From positions 1 to 64,000 of the forward strand of contig CAXHJY010000462.1 in assembly GCA_964016885.1 (NCBI GenBank): a stretch of DNA of 64,000 nucleotides, in the 5' to 3' direction. This document shows positions 42,344 to 55,811 of the stretch, piece after piece (position 1 is the stretch's first letter; every line of letters starts with the position of its first letter). The notes beneath the pieces were generated by a model. That model did not search any database. It saw only the letters and a program-made list of their open reading frames with translations, and was not told the DNA's origin. This DNA is from Eledone cirrhosa (Eukaryota). The translations under genes were made by a program, and so were the position numbers.

Positions 42344-44254
42344 TTGTATGGGCTCCGCAAAGACCACAAGACAGTCGACGACCCGACAACAGGACCACCA
42401 ACAAGACCTGTATGCGGAGCTAATATAGCTAGCAACTACAGGATCTCCTACTTCCTCTCAATGGTTATACGCCCCATAATCAAGATGTCCCCAGATGTAT
42501 GTGAAAGTACAGAGGACCTCCTCAGCAGAATCAGTGAGTGCAACAAAAACAGGAGCCTATCCAACTGCATAATAGGCAGCATGGATGTGGTGTCACTGTA
42601 CCCATCCATTAACATTGATTTTGCTGTGAAAAGATGTGTGGAGATGATCATTGAGAGTGAGGTGGAGTTCTGCGACGTCGACACAGACGAACTGGGCCTC
42701 CTACTTAGACTTACCTACGACACTGACTACCTAGACAGCCATGACCTTAGATGTTTCTGCCCTAGTAGACCTATAAGAGGTAGACCCCCCACCATAACCT
42801 CAATGGCTAAAAAGACTCCCATAGGAAGGTGGATTGGGTGGACCAAAGCTATACGGACCCCCCAAAACACTGATCAGGTAAGAAAAATGGTCGCACATGC
42901 AATAGGGGCTAGTATCAAAACTACCCTAAAGGGCCACATATTTAAGTTCAATGAGAAAATCTACACCCAAAATGAGGGAGCAGCCATCGGCGTCAGCATA
43001 GCTGGCGATGTTGCCAACCTTTTCATGGTATGGTGGGAAAGGAGACTTAAAGATCTCCTTAATGAAAGCTCCATAGACCTCATCATGTACTCTCGTTATG
43101 TAGACGATATCAATATAGTTATAAGAACACCCCCACTAGAGAGCACTAACAAGTTTGATTTAGAACGTAGCACGATGGAAAGCATCCAGCAGATAGCTAA
43201 TTCCATACACCAGAGTATAACTGTAACTATAGACTTCCCTTCCAAACACCCTAACAATAGACTACCTGTATTAGACACAGAACTCTGGATTAACACTATA
43301 GACGAGAGAGCCCAAATTCTCCACTCACACTATGCTAAACCCATGGCCTCCAAATACCTGATACTCAAAAACTCAGCAATGTCCAGTAGTGCTAAGTTTA
43401 ATATTCTGATCGCAGATTTGGTACGAGTGATGAAGAATGTGTCCAGCATGTGCGACCCAACAGAAATGGAAGGACACATCCAACACTTCATCAACCGCAT
43501 GCAGTTCTCTGGCTACAACCAAAGAGACAGAGTCAGAGTATACGAAGGAGCCATGGAAAAGTATAAGACCCTCATAGAACTGGACATGAAAGGAATTTGC
43601 CCACTATACAGGAGCAAATCATGGAATAGCTTAGATAGGGCTAGACATAAGATAGGGAAGGCCACATCATGGTACGACAACCAGAGATATCAGAGTGTCA
43701 TGTTTGTGGACGCCACCCCTGGAGGGAAATTAGCTAACCAGTGTAGAAAGGCCCTGAGAAAGACCCACTTAAAAATAAAGGTGGTAGAAAAGCCAGGAAC
43801 CACCATAAAATCCCTGATCAGCAAAACCTACCCTTTTAAGAAAACCCACTGTACCAATAGGAAATGTATCATATGTAAGGTGAACCCCCGGATAAACTGT
43901 AAAACTAGAAACGTAGTCTATAGCATAAGATGTACAGAGGGTACTTGTAGAAACACGACAACAACATACATAGGTGAGACAGCTCGTAGCATAGGTGAAA
44001 GGATAGACCAACACTGGGGGGAACTAAAAGGACGAAAAAACGGGTCAGTACTATACGAACATGCTAGACAACATCATGACGGTAACATAGACAACATAGA
44101 AATTAGAATAATATCTAAACATAGGAATGACCCAGCAGATAGGCAAATCAGAGAGGCCAGTGAAATAGAAATTAGAAGACCAAAGCTAAACAGAAAGAAT
44201 GAGTGGAACAACAACAACACCCAAACAAACAACACTGACCTAAGAGAAGTATAA
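42344..44254 (+). CDS. PLE reverse transcriptase + GIY-YIG endonuclease (N-terminally truncated, otherwise uninterrupted)
   Basis: YGLRKDHK...RPVC, SMDVVSLYPSI, GAAIGVSIAGDVANLFM, RYVDD, LPVLD, CTNRKCIIC linker, VVYSIRC...YIGETARSIGERIDQH...HARQHH, EASEI...LNRKNEW. The start is a TTG inside the RT, so there is no true initiation codon. Confidence 0.95.
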   Translation: MYGLRKDHKTVDDPTTGPPTRPVCGANIASNYRISYFLSMVIRPIIKMSPDVCESTEDLLSRISECNKNRSLSNCIIGSMDVVSLYPSINIDFAVKRCVEMIIESEVEFCDVDTDELGLLLRLTYDTDYLDSHDLRCFCPSRPIRGRPPTITSMAKKTPIGRWIGWTKAIRTPQNTDQVRKMVAHAIGASIKTTLKGHIFKFNEKIYTQNEGAAIGVSIAGDVANLFMVWWERRLKDLLNESSIDLIMYSRYVDDINIVIRTPPLESTNKFDLERSTMESIQQIANSIHQSITVTIDFPSKHPNNRLPVLDTELWINTIDERAQILHSHYAKPMASKYLILKNSAMSSSAKFNILIADLVRVMKNVSSMCDPTEMEGHIQHFINRMQFSGYNQRDRVRVYEGAMEKYKTLIELDMKGICPLYRSKSWNSLDRARHKIGKATSWYDNQRYQSVMFVDATPGGKLANQCRKALRKTHLKIKVVEKPGTTIKSLISKTYPFKKTHCTNRKCIICKVNPRINCKTRNVVYSIRCTEGTCRNTTTTYIGETARSIGERIDQHWGELKGRKNGSVLYEHARQHHDGNIDNIEIRIISKHRNDPADRQIREASEIEIRRPKLNRKNEWNNNNTQTNNTDLREV

Positions 44255-44507
44255 ATAAATAAGTAAATTAAATTAAATAAAATAAGATAAATAAATACAT
44301 ACACAAGCACATAAACACACACTAGTCACCCAGCAGACACAACACTATACACACTAGTCACACATCACACACGCAAACGCATGCGCAAAGAAGACAAAAT
44401 AAAATAAGATAAACAAACAAGCAAACAAATAAATAAATATATAGACGGACTGAACAAAAAAAATGGCGTAGACATACAACACAACAGGAGGAACAATGAA
44501 TATAACA

Positions 44508-44547
44508 CCACTGACGATGTTGCAGATGTGCAACGAAAGATTTATGT
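44508..44547 (+). ncRNA. Minimal hammerhead ribozyme motif in PLE pLTR
   Basis: CTGACGA T GTTGCA-gatg-TGCAAC GAA AGATTT A. Stem II covaries with the homolog at 59948, and stem I is weak. Confidence 0.7.
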
Positions 44548-44756
44548 AAACTATATATATATGTGTTTGTCTATATTGTATCTGTATTATTTTATTTTTG
44601 ACCACCGGTCAGTCAATGGCAACATTGAGGACCGAGTAAGTTAGATCGCAGATATATATATATAAAAGACAGCGAGAAGCGAAAACCAACCAAACAGTGA
44701 GTGTGTTCTGTTATTAATTCTGGCAATATTACGCAAATATGACCCTCCCCAAATAT

Positions 44757-44807
<51 letters not shown>

Positions 44808-45712
44808 ACCTACTTATAGTAGGGATGATAATGCTGTTTGAACTACATGTAAATTGGACATGAAGGCATCATCGAAGCAAAGTGGAATGGGCTTTTTATT
44901 ATATACGTAAAGGAAATATTCTAAATCATGTTGAATCATATGCTTTGGGAATGCAGTGAATATAATTTCAACATAGGATTAAAACTTGTCTCGAAGGTTT
45001 CTATACACATGAAAATCTTTTATTAGTTTATAGATTCGCGTCTGCTCAATAAACACACTAACAATAAAATTAAAATAACTGTTTATAAATTGTTTGTGTT
45101 ATCCTCATTCAGTGCTCCTCTAAAACTTAAACTTGTTACAAACATGACTTCAGAATCCTGAAAATATAATGGAATTCACTCACTCATGACCCTGATGTTC
45201 TAACTGCAACTGGTATTTGTTCCATCGAGGGTATAATTTTGAAAAATCAACTGCATTTGTCTGAACATATTTTTCGCATGGCTGGTAAATCTACCACAAA
45301 GCTAGCTTTTATTGAGAACTTATTGACCGAAGGAAACGTTCAGGTATTTAAAGAAAGAGAAAGCGATTAGAAATCTTGGAAAGACTTCCAGCGGATCGTT
45401 CTAAACGGCGTTGAAAGACGTGGGATGTTGCGTAAATAAAATATGTTAATGCTAGTAAATCTTAACAGGAAAATAAGAAATAAATCATGCAAAAAGGGAA
45501 TATGAAATTAATGGAAATATTTTTTCTGAGCACCGATTGGGATAAAGTTTGCCTTTTGCCTCTCAGAGCTGACAACAGGGCACTTTCCTACCTACCTGTT
45601 CACCTCAACCAATACCACATATGCCACAAGATCTGCAAATATCAAGGATGTCTCTCAATAACACTTCAAAGTTCAACAAAAACAGAAAACCAATGTAAAT
45701 ATATATGCACAC

Positions 45713-45822
<110 letters not shown>

Positions 45823-46442
45823 GTGTGTGTGTGTATGTATATATATTAATTCCTTCATTTATCGAGCAAAAACCAGTTGAGTATATGTTTATGTATAGAT
45901 ATGCATATGTATTCTCTAATTCTTTTCTAACTCCCTAAAGATTGAGTGAAAATTTGGCAGTAATTGACCGTTTATTCTAGCAATGCCATCAGTCTCTCAT
46001 TCACTACCTTTCTGTCTTGACTGTAAGCCTCGTGATGTTTTCCACTTTCAAAATTGTTGCTGGTAACGGTCACTTCAGTGAAAACGTGTCCTAATGAGGG
46101 AGACACTTGGCAAGCTTGGAACCTCATAGTTAAAGATCATTTGCATTTGAAATACACATGCTTCAAAGTACAAGCGTATCTACGGGGAATAACTGGGTAA
46201 ATATTTCTCTATATTTTTCTTCACACTTATACATAGAAGTCATTCCAGGATTTCAATCTGCAATGAGGGGCTCATTCTACTGACATGGCTTACAAGAGAC
46301 TGATTGCATAATTACAAACGAATCTAATATTATTATTAATATTCGAATAAAGTGATCCACAGCAGATTCAGAAAATTATGTTTGTTCTACATCTTCTCCA
46401 GTATGTTCTCAGCCATAGTCTTTCTTTTGGTATTATTTTGTA

Positions 46443-48836
46443 GATAACCAGCAATTTCTCTATCTATCTGTCCGACAGTGGAAACACGTGCGTAGAGAGA
46501 GAGTGAGAGTGAAAGAAAGAGACAGACTAAGAGCGGGGGATAGCGGGAGGGAGAGAGGGAGAGAGAGAGTGAATAGACGCTAAAACACGTGCTACAGAAA
46601 CATTACCTTCCCCTCTCCACTGACTTTGGTCACTGAGGCCGAGGGAATCGCTGGTTGCTATAGAGACATCTTGCACAAGCCAGAAGTAACCAGTTCGAGG
46701 CGGTTCTGACTTGACACCATGCGAAGACGGTTGCCATTGAATTTGTGGTTGTTGCTGCTGATAATAAGGACCATTTGAAGAAGGTTGCTGCTAATGAGGT
46801 AAGTTATTAATCAGATTGCGCAGTTCCATAACCTACGTTTGATTTGTTCAATTTTTTTTTTTTTTTTTTAAATTTCTTATTGAAAAAATATAAATAATAA
46901 AATAAGGTTAGAAATTTAAATACAATTAAATACGATTTAATTTCTATTTCCAGCAGCCAATGTCCAGTGTTCAATTTCATGAAAAAATAGGAAATAATTC
47001 CAAAAATTGAAGTTTAACTTTTGAACATTTGTTTTGACAATAAAAAAAATATTTCCTTATTCACACCTAATGGTATGATTAAAATTTCATAGGAATATTT
47101 TTTTCTAACCGCCAGTTATTTAAATATTATTAAAAATAAATTTGTTTTTAAAAAGAATGGAAGATTTTGTGGATTTTTTTACCACCATCCAAGCATTAAA
47201 CACTAATTCTCGCGAATTTGTGTTTTGTAATGACCTTCAGGACGCTGCTATTGTTGATTCCAATAGTGGCTGGTATTCGAATATGTTAGTATATAATTTT
47301 TTGAATAAAATTAAGGCGCAATTAGAGCTGCCAAACAAAATTTTTTTCGGCTTCGGCCCATATTATTTTTGGGAAAATTCTATTGGCTCTAATGAGTGTG
47401 CCTCTGTTGGCGTTATTTGCGGCAGTCACCATTTCTTGACTTTCAAGTCTATATATGTAAAGCTGAGGTTGTCTGTCTGTCTGTCTACTAAAGCCTTCGG
47501 CACACATCTCTGAAACCGTACGTTTAAATTTCGGGGAAATTGCTACACTTATAGATGAAGGTCCGGCGGAGTCACTGTCTGTCTGTCTGTCTACTAAAAC
47601 CTTCGGCACACATCTCCTCTTAAACCGTACGTTCAAATTTCGGTGAAATTGCTACACTTATAGATGAAGGTCCGTTGGAGTCTTCGGTCAAAAACATTTC
47701 CGAATCGACCCACGCCAAGTGTAACAATCGAATTTGTAATCTCTATATATAAAACTGAGGTTGTCTGTCTGTCTGTCTACTAAAACCTTCGGCACACATC
47801 TCCTCTTAAACCGTAAGTTCAAATTTCGGTGAAATTGCTACACTTATAGATGAAGGTCCGGCGGAGTCAACATTTTTCGAATCGACCCACGCTAAGTGTA
47901 AAAATCGAATTTGTAATCTCCTTATAATATATAACCAGCAATTTCTCTGTCTGTCTGTCCGACGGTGGAAAGACGTGCGCGCGTGCGAATGTTTTTTGCG
48001 CACGCGTAGAGAGAGAGTGAGAGTGAAAGAAAGAGACAGACTACGAGAGGGGGATAGCGGGAGGGAGAGAGAGAGAGTGAATAGACGCTAAAACACGTGC
48101 GCGCGTGCGAATGTTTTTTGCGCACGCGTAGAGAGAGAGTGAGAGTGAAAGAAAGAGGCAGACTACAAGAGGGGGATAGCGGGAGGGAGAGAGGGGGCAA
48201 TTGAGGAGTGCCACAGAAACGTATATACATTTCTCTGTGTGTGTAATATATATATATATACACACAGAAATATATATACATATACACACAGAAATATATA
48301 TACATTTCTGTGTGTGTAATATATATATATATTTACACACAGAAATATATATACATTTCTGTGTGTGTAATATATATATATATATACACACAGAAATATA
48401 TATACATTTCTGTGTGTGTAATATATATATATATATACACACAGAAATATATATACATTTCTGTGTGTGTAATATATATATATACTAGCAGAAAACCACC
48501 CACCGGGTGGTTTTCTGCTAGTCTATATATATAAAACTGAGGATGTCTGTCTGCGTGTGTGTGAGTTTGAATCCCTAAAACTCGAGAACCACTCAACCAA
48601 CTGTTTTCAAACTTTACTCATGTAATACTTATGTTTCAGGGAGTGTTCTGAGCAAGAAAATTTCAAATTTTCAATAACTTAGAGACCGCATTGGGCGATT
48701 TAGCGATCTCTCTCTATAATTCTTAGTCTTTCTCTTTTTCGATAGATACATACATATAACGTCACGCCCTTGTAATATCTGTCTGTATGTCTGGCTGTCT
48801 GCACTACGTTACTTCCCTGAGGATGTCTGTGCGTGT

Positions 48837-48911
<75 letters not shown>

Positions 48912-49512
48912 TGTGTCTGTGAATTAAATCCCTAAAACTCGAGAAGTACTCAACCGATTTTTTTCAAACTTTACATGTGTTTTACTTATGTTTCAGGAAG
49001 TGTTATGCACATAAAATTCAACTTTTTGATCTCCTACGGCCCGCATTAGGTGAAAAACTGCGTTTTTTAAGCTTGTTAGGGGTTTTTGAGGCGTTCCGTC
49101 AGACCGATTTCCTTGAAATTGTAACTATGTATTAGTCATTCACTTCTTCATACCGTGAGCAAAGAAGATCCAACTTTTTTAGGGCCTGGGCCCGCATTAG
49201 GTGAAACATTTCATTTTTTCAGCTTTTTAGGCTTTTTTGAGGCGTTATGTCTAGACGATTTTCCCTAAATTTCAACGCATATTATGCACATATAAACAAT
49301 TCATTTTCTTGATCCTCTAGGGCCCCCATTAGGTGAAAACCTGCATTTTTCCTGCTTGATTGAGGAAAATCTTAAAGATTATCCAGCCATCAGGGTATTA
49401 GGTTTATTTTCTTTACATATTGTCCAGGCATGCAGTTTTTCCACAATTAGGTCTGTTGGCGGACCGCGTTCCAAAATATCTTATCCCATGCACCGCCGGG
49501 TACCACTTCTAA
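46443..49512 (+). mobile_element. Cluster of tandem non-autonomous Helitron-like elements
   Basis: Repeated 5' ends tctatatat.taaa.ctgagg.tgtctgtctg (47448, 47741, 48522) and (a)taaccagcaatttctct.tct.tctgtccgac (46443, 47930). 3' ends accgggtggttttctgCTAGt (48522) and gccgggtaccacttctaa (49512). Internal direct duplications. Confidence 0.6.
48222..48484. repeat. Tandem array of ~60-bp self-complementary units
   Basis: Unit tttctgtgtgtgta(ta)n cacacagaaatatatataca, repeated 4-5 times. Confidence 0.85.
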
Positions 49513-49684
49513 TCTACAGTATAATCTATATTCTGGAGTAATTCTTATGATACTCGTTGACAACCAAACTGCAACTTTCTGTGGAGAGACTCAAGGATAG
49601 TTTTCTCCTGCGCACTCTCGGACCATGTCACTAACTAATTGTTTACGCTTGCTGTGTGTCCCAGAGAGGGTAGGACAGTTTCTG

Positions 49685-49868
49685 TGGATTGGCAGTATCG
49701 GTAGAGGGTCGGAGGCCATGCTTTGACGTATTTAGTTACGGCCCTTGCCATTCTGAGTTCAAATCCCGCCGAGGTTAACTTTGCCTTTCATCCTTGCGGG
49801 GTCGATAAAATAAAGTACCAGTAATACACTGGGTAATTGCTGGCCTTGTGCCAAAAGTAGAAACAATT
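49685..49868 (+). mobile_element. tRNA-derived SINE (major family)
   Basis: Near-identical to 20930-21110. Confidence 0.9.
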
Positions 49869-50163
49869 ATAATGACGTATTCCACTGTCCCATAATTCTC
49901 AAACTTCTTCATTCCGACTTGTATTTTAGATTGGAAGAGAGATTTGCCCGCCTCCAAAAATGCATGAAATTGCTCCTAGATTTGCTTTTACGAGCCACAC
50001 TCATAGTGGTGTTCCACCCAGAATATCGTGTTATGCTGCCAGACGTTGTATCTGCAATGTCCCTAAATCTAAGATTCATCAGTTAGAAAATGAATATACA
50101 CTGACTCAGAACGTGCATTGGGTGATGTTGCTACAAGCCATTTTATATGTATATATAAATAAA

Positions 50164-50221
50164 TAAATGTAAGTATGTATGTATACGTACATACATATAT
50201 GTATACAGACGTACAGTAGCA

Positions 50222-50265
<44 letters not shown>

Positions 50266-50699
50266 CACATATGCATACAGGTACACATACATATATGCAC
50301 GCATCAGTTTAGCCGACGTTTATTATAACGCAGCTTTGTTCGCTTGTTTGTCAACAAACAGAACAGCCTGAATTTATGCCATACGGTGTTAAGGCAACCA
50401 CGTCACCTTTTTGTTCAACACTGACACAGGAACGATGTACTAGTTTCAAGCTTGTTAGCTATCATCAGCACCGTTTACCCATCTGCCAGATAGTTGAACG
50501 TTCGAAAGTATATACTTTCCTTATGAAAATTAACGGCTGAGCAGCCTAATTTGCATATTGGTCAGGCATACCGAAAACGACAAGTTGAAAAAAAATGAAA
50601 ACGAAATTACATTTCTCACTCTTAGTATGGCACTTACTTAAATGTAAGTATGTATGTATACGTACATACATATATGTATACAGACGTACAGTAGCATGC

Positions 50700-50788
<89 letters not shown>

Positions 50789-51008
50789 CACATATGCATA
50801 CAGGTACACATACATATATGCACGCATCAGTTTAGCCGACGTTTATTATAACGCAGCTTTGTTCGCTTGTTTGTCAACAAACAGAACAGCCTGAATTTAT
50901 GCCATACGGAGTTAAGGCAACCACGTCACCTTTTTGTTCAACACTGACACAGGAACGATGTACTAGTTTCAAGCTTGTTAGCTATCATCAGCACCGTTTA
51001 CCCATCTG
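50164..51008 (+). repeat. Direct duplication (50164-50487 vs 50640-51008)
   Basis: Near-identical blocks from aaatgtaagtatgtatg to ccgtttacccatctg, differing mainly in (TA)n length. Confidence 0.9.
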
Positions 51009-51011
51009 TCC

Positions 51012-51113
<102 letters not shown>

Positions 51114-51260
51114 AAATGTTTCTCAACATAGCTGAATACAATAAATGTAATTTGAGTTTTTCGAATATTAATAATAACATTCGATTTGTTTGCAATTATA
51201 CAAACATTTTATAGCCATGTCAGTAGAATGAACACTTAATTCTTGCTCTTGTGTTAGCAT

Positions 51261-51327
51261 GCGAACAGAACTGCAGACACTAATGTTTCTGGGTATCACC
51301 CTTCATCAGTACAGCTCACTGTTCACC
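51261..51327 (-). ncRNA. Type I hammerhead ribozyme with extended stem I
   Basis: Minus strand: GTGAACA-gt-GAGCTGTA CTGATGA A GGGT-gat-ACCC A GAA ACAT-ta-GTGT C TGCAGTTC TGTTCGC, with a GUC cleavage triplet. Confidence 0.8.
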
Positions 51328-52165
51328 TGCCAACCTGTCAGAGCTAGTGAAAATATATGCTATTTTCAAAATACACAGTGACTGATCGGCCTGATTTCCA
51401 TATTAGCAGAGGGGCTGATATATATATATATAATATAGATATGTGTGCGTGTGCGTTTGTGTGTGTTTACATGTGTGTATGTATGTATATATATATATGT
51501 ATATAGCTACACATCATTCCATCATGCTTCGACTCCAAGGTATGGATATAACACACCTATTCAGATAGTTATGCAAGATTATGCACACTTATGCACATGC
51601 ACTCATAAACAAATTCTCATACTCAGAATGATAACCGCATAGAATCATCCAATGAAACGTGTACACATATGCACACATAAAAATACATAAAGAATTCACA
51701 GACACATATATATGGATACACACACTCACTTCTACATAATCATCAACTCACAAACTAGTAAATATACATACACACACACATTAGTGCGTACCACACGCAC
51801 AAAATAAACTACATAAAAACTCACAAACACCCACAGATACACACACACTCTCTCACACACATACACACTTCCATCAAAGGCTTAAAAATCACACACATAC
51901 AGAGAAACAGTTATGCACCCCCACGAAATGCACATCATCTGACACAAGTAAGAGCACCAACGACATATTTAGACTACACTGGAATACAGGCATACCAACC
52001 GTAGCTATACTTTTTCAAAACTACTCACTCTGTCTGCAAAATGTATTTTTTCTTGCAGGAAAACTTATGTCCGATTCATCAACACTCCTATTTAAATCTT
52101 CCAGAGCGTGAAACTATTACGACTTTGTGTCCTCTAAATTATGTGCGTCTTGATTAATGTTGAAT

Positions 52166-52228
<63 letters not shown>

Positions 52229-52238
52229 GCGTACATGT

Positions 52239-52288
<50 letters not shown>

Positions 52289-52440
52289 GCGCGAGAGGGC
52301 GAGGGGGAGAGGGGAAGGAGAGAGAAAGAGAGAGAGAAATAGATAGAGCGATAGATAGATATTTAAGACGACGTATCGCATTTCGAAAGCACAAATATAG
52401 ATACACACACACACACAGAAATACACTCACTCACACCTCC

Positions 52441-52500
<60 letters not shown>

Positions 52501-52589
52501 TGTGTGTGTCTGTGTGTGTGTGTGTGTGTGTATGTGTGTGTGTGTAGCTATATCTGTGTTTTCGAAATCCGATACGTCTTGTTTAATAT

Positions 52590-55565
52590 CTAACATCTAG
52601 ATCGTACCTAGATAGGGTTCTAGTTAGAAAGAAGGATAGGGACATGTTAAGCTCTCCACAAATGTTCATAGTTGCCTATTCAGATCACAAATTAGTGACC
52701 TGCTTGGTCAAAATTGACAAAACCCATAGACAGAGACCCGGCTACTGGAAGCTGAACTTGTCATTACCGGCATGCAAAGCCTACAGTAGGCGGATTAGCA
52801 CTTTAGTTAAGCAGCACTTGACGGGGGCCATTGTCAACAACAGATGGTGGTACTCTCTCAAGAGGGCAATTAGATTAGACTCGATAGGTTTTAGTAAATA
52901 ATTAGCGTTAGATATAAATAAGACCGAAAAGGAACTGGTAGATAAAGTAGAAGAGGCACTTAGGAGTGGCAACGTAGCCAGCGTGCTAGCGACGAGAATG
53001 GCCTTGGATCAGTTCTTCGACGCAAAGCACGAAGGCTGCGTTGTCAGAAGCAAAATACGTGCTCTGGGAAACGAGGGAGCCAAACTGTTAGCTGGGACCG
53101 AGTGACGGTCTTTGAAGGACCAAGACGGACGCATGATACGTAAGCCGAAGCAGATGTGCACGGCCTTTCAGCGGCACTTTGCTAAACTGTTCGGGCAGGG
53201 CGGCGCGCCGGGAGGTGCTATGGATTTCGGTTCATACCTCGACGGCTTGCCGCGGCTCTCGGACAGCGAGGCGAAGTTCTGCGAAAGGCCGATTTCAGCC
53301 GCTGAGATAGGGAAGGCGCTGAGCCAATGCGGCAAACGCAAATCTCCAGGTCTCGACAGTCTAACCGACGAATTTTACGTAGCAATGCCGGACTTGTTCT
53401 CTGTTCTCCTGGAAGCGGTCTACTGCAACTGGCAGCAGAACGGGAGAATTCCCAGTTCTGTGACCAAGGGGGTGGTCACGCTAGTCGGGAAGGACGAGGA
53501 TAAGGGGGATGACATAGGTAACTTCCGGCCCATAACTCTGCTAAATACAGAGTTACAGATTTTGGCCAAGGTGTTGGCAAAGAGGCTGGCGCTTGTCGTC
53601 GAAAACCTGGTGGAAGAAGCGCAGAGATGCGCAATCCCGACCAGGTCCATACACGACAACCTCTACCTCATGTGATACATCGTAGAGAGGGTAGGCTGTA
53701 AAGCCGGCTTCGGTGGGGCCCTGATCAACTTGAATCAGTCTAAGGCTTTCGATAGGGTTGACCATCGTTACCTGGATGAGATGCTCGAGGTGGCAGGCTT
53801 CGGACCCGTGTTCAGGGGTTGGATTACTGCAACATCTGCTCAAGTGTCAAGGTGAACGGCTACCACTGAGAGCCGTTCTATATCACGCGATCCATCAGAC
53901 AGTGATGCCCTCTCTCCTCCCTTGTATATGTACTGACTCTCGAGCCACTACTGCGGAAGTTGGAGCTATTGTAGGGCATCTCTCTGGAACCGGGACTGCG
54001 GAAAGCGAGGTCGGCCTACGCCGACGACTTACTAGTAATGGTGTCGTGCACCTCGTAAATCAAGGAAGTCGGCATATGAAGGAATACGAAAGGTTCACAG
54101 GAGCAAAGCTGAACCGAGTCAGGTCCATCGGTTTGCGACTCGGATCGTGGAGAGGGAGACCGATGCCCTCCGATGGCGTCGTCGGACGCTCGACGGAAGG
54201 ACCGATGAAGCTGCTCTGGGTCTCGTTTCGTCCGGACGTCCAGGTGGAGAAAAACTGGAACGAAGTGACGGCGAAGGTGTTTGCACTCACCCAGGCGTGG
54301 GCCGAGTGCAAACTATCCTTGAAAGGTCGAGCGGAGTTGGCGAACACTTTTACAGCGTCCGTCATCTACTACAGCTTGACCGTCGTGCCTTGCACAGCCA
54401 AAACGCTCACCAAAATGGAGCGAGCGCTCTTCCAATTCCTTTGGAAGAAACGGACCCTTTGGTGAGAAGATCCATCTGCTGCCAACACCCTTCCAACGGA
54501 GGGCTGGGGGATGCCGTGGCTGACGATGCGCAAACACGCGCTCAGGCTGCGGCACCTCCGTACAACCGGCGTGGGCCCCGTTCGTGAGTCGAGCCTTGCC
54601 ACGACTCGTCTAGCTGACCGAGCTGCAGTCCTGGGTCAATCAAAGACCGAGTAAAATGGGCGACTGGCACGTCGAATGTGCTGAGGCGCTCACAGCCCTC
54701 TGGCAGGCGGACCCGGCGATCAGTGGAGACACCACTCCGTCATTCTATAGAGGGTTGGTTCGCAGCAATGCGACGACACGCTCGGGGAAACTCTAGGCGT
54801 AGAGGAAGACGAACTAGTCAGTCTGTTCGATAGGACCTTCCGCCCGGGACCGATGGACAACTTCCAAAAGTCCCTGGCCTGGCAGTGCTACCAAGGAGCT
54901 CTACCAGTTCGAGACAATCTCTACAGACACGGGCGCCAGGGCAGGGACCCCTCGAAAAAAATCTGTCCGAGATGCGTGCGAGACGAAGAAACCGTCGCGC
55001 ACGCATTCGTACACTGCTCGGGCGTTACCGACCTGTGGGCTATGTAGAACGACTATTGTGGTGGGTGGGACCAATCCAGTTGACAAACCGAGTCCATCGT
55101 CATGATCAAACCGCCACCCTCCTTCAAAAACGAAGGAGAGGCGGTTTTCCTTTCTGTGATAGCTATGGCGAAAGAGGTTGTATGGTGAACAAGGTTAAAA
55201 GGGCTGAGGTCAGACACCTTTCTCTCCGGCCAACAACTGATTCTTTTTTTCAAATACCACCTTAGAAGAAGAGTCAGGATGGAGAGAGAGGTGCTGTACC
55301 CCAGCAAGTTTTATGAAAGGTTGGTGAAAGTGGCGAGAATGGCCCGAATAAATGGGCCTTCTCATGAGGGTTGCACATTTTTTGGGGGGTATGTGTTACC
55401 CATATGTAATGTCTCCCCCTATTGGGGAAAATCGATTAATTTTTAAATTGCATTTGTGATAGTATTTTACACGTTTTTATTGTATGTAAACTTCCCTCTT
55501 TGTATTGTCCCCTGCTTTTGTGCCCCTGTGGCTAATAAAGAAACATATCTATCGATCTATCTATT
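52590..55565 (+). mobile_element. L1/Tx1-like LINE ORF2, 5'-truncated and frameshifted
   Basis: LDRVL..., SDHKLV, GYWKLN, KSPGLDSL, NFRPITLLN, SKAFDRVDH, AYAD, LSLKGR, GGLG, CPRC...HAFVHC. Short (TCTA)n tail. Confidence 0.93.
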
Positions 55566-55773
55566 TCTCTCTCTCTCTCTCTCTCTCCCCCCCCCTCTCT
55601 CCCATACGTACGCACGTAGACGCACATACAGACACAGACACAAACACACATATATATATGTATATATACACATATATATGCATATATATAATATACATAT
55701 ATATATATATAAACATACATACACACATACATTCATACAAATACACAAACACACACACACACAAACACATATT

Positions 55774-55811
<38 letters not shown>

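Larger units (their letters stand above)
42168..44765 (+). mobile_element. Penelope-like retroelement with inverted 5' pLTR fragment, inserted in (TA)n
   Basis: 42209-42330 is the reverse complement of 44641-44764 and brackets an RT+GIY-YIG ORF and an HHR. Confidence 0.95.

Noticed and set aside
45487-45700. Faint resemblance to a Sola-type transposase motif
   Set aside because: Too short and degenerate to call without a profile search.
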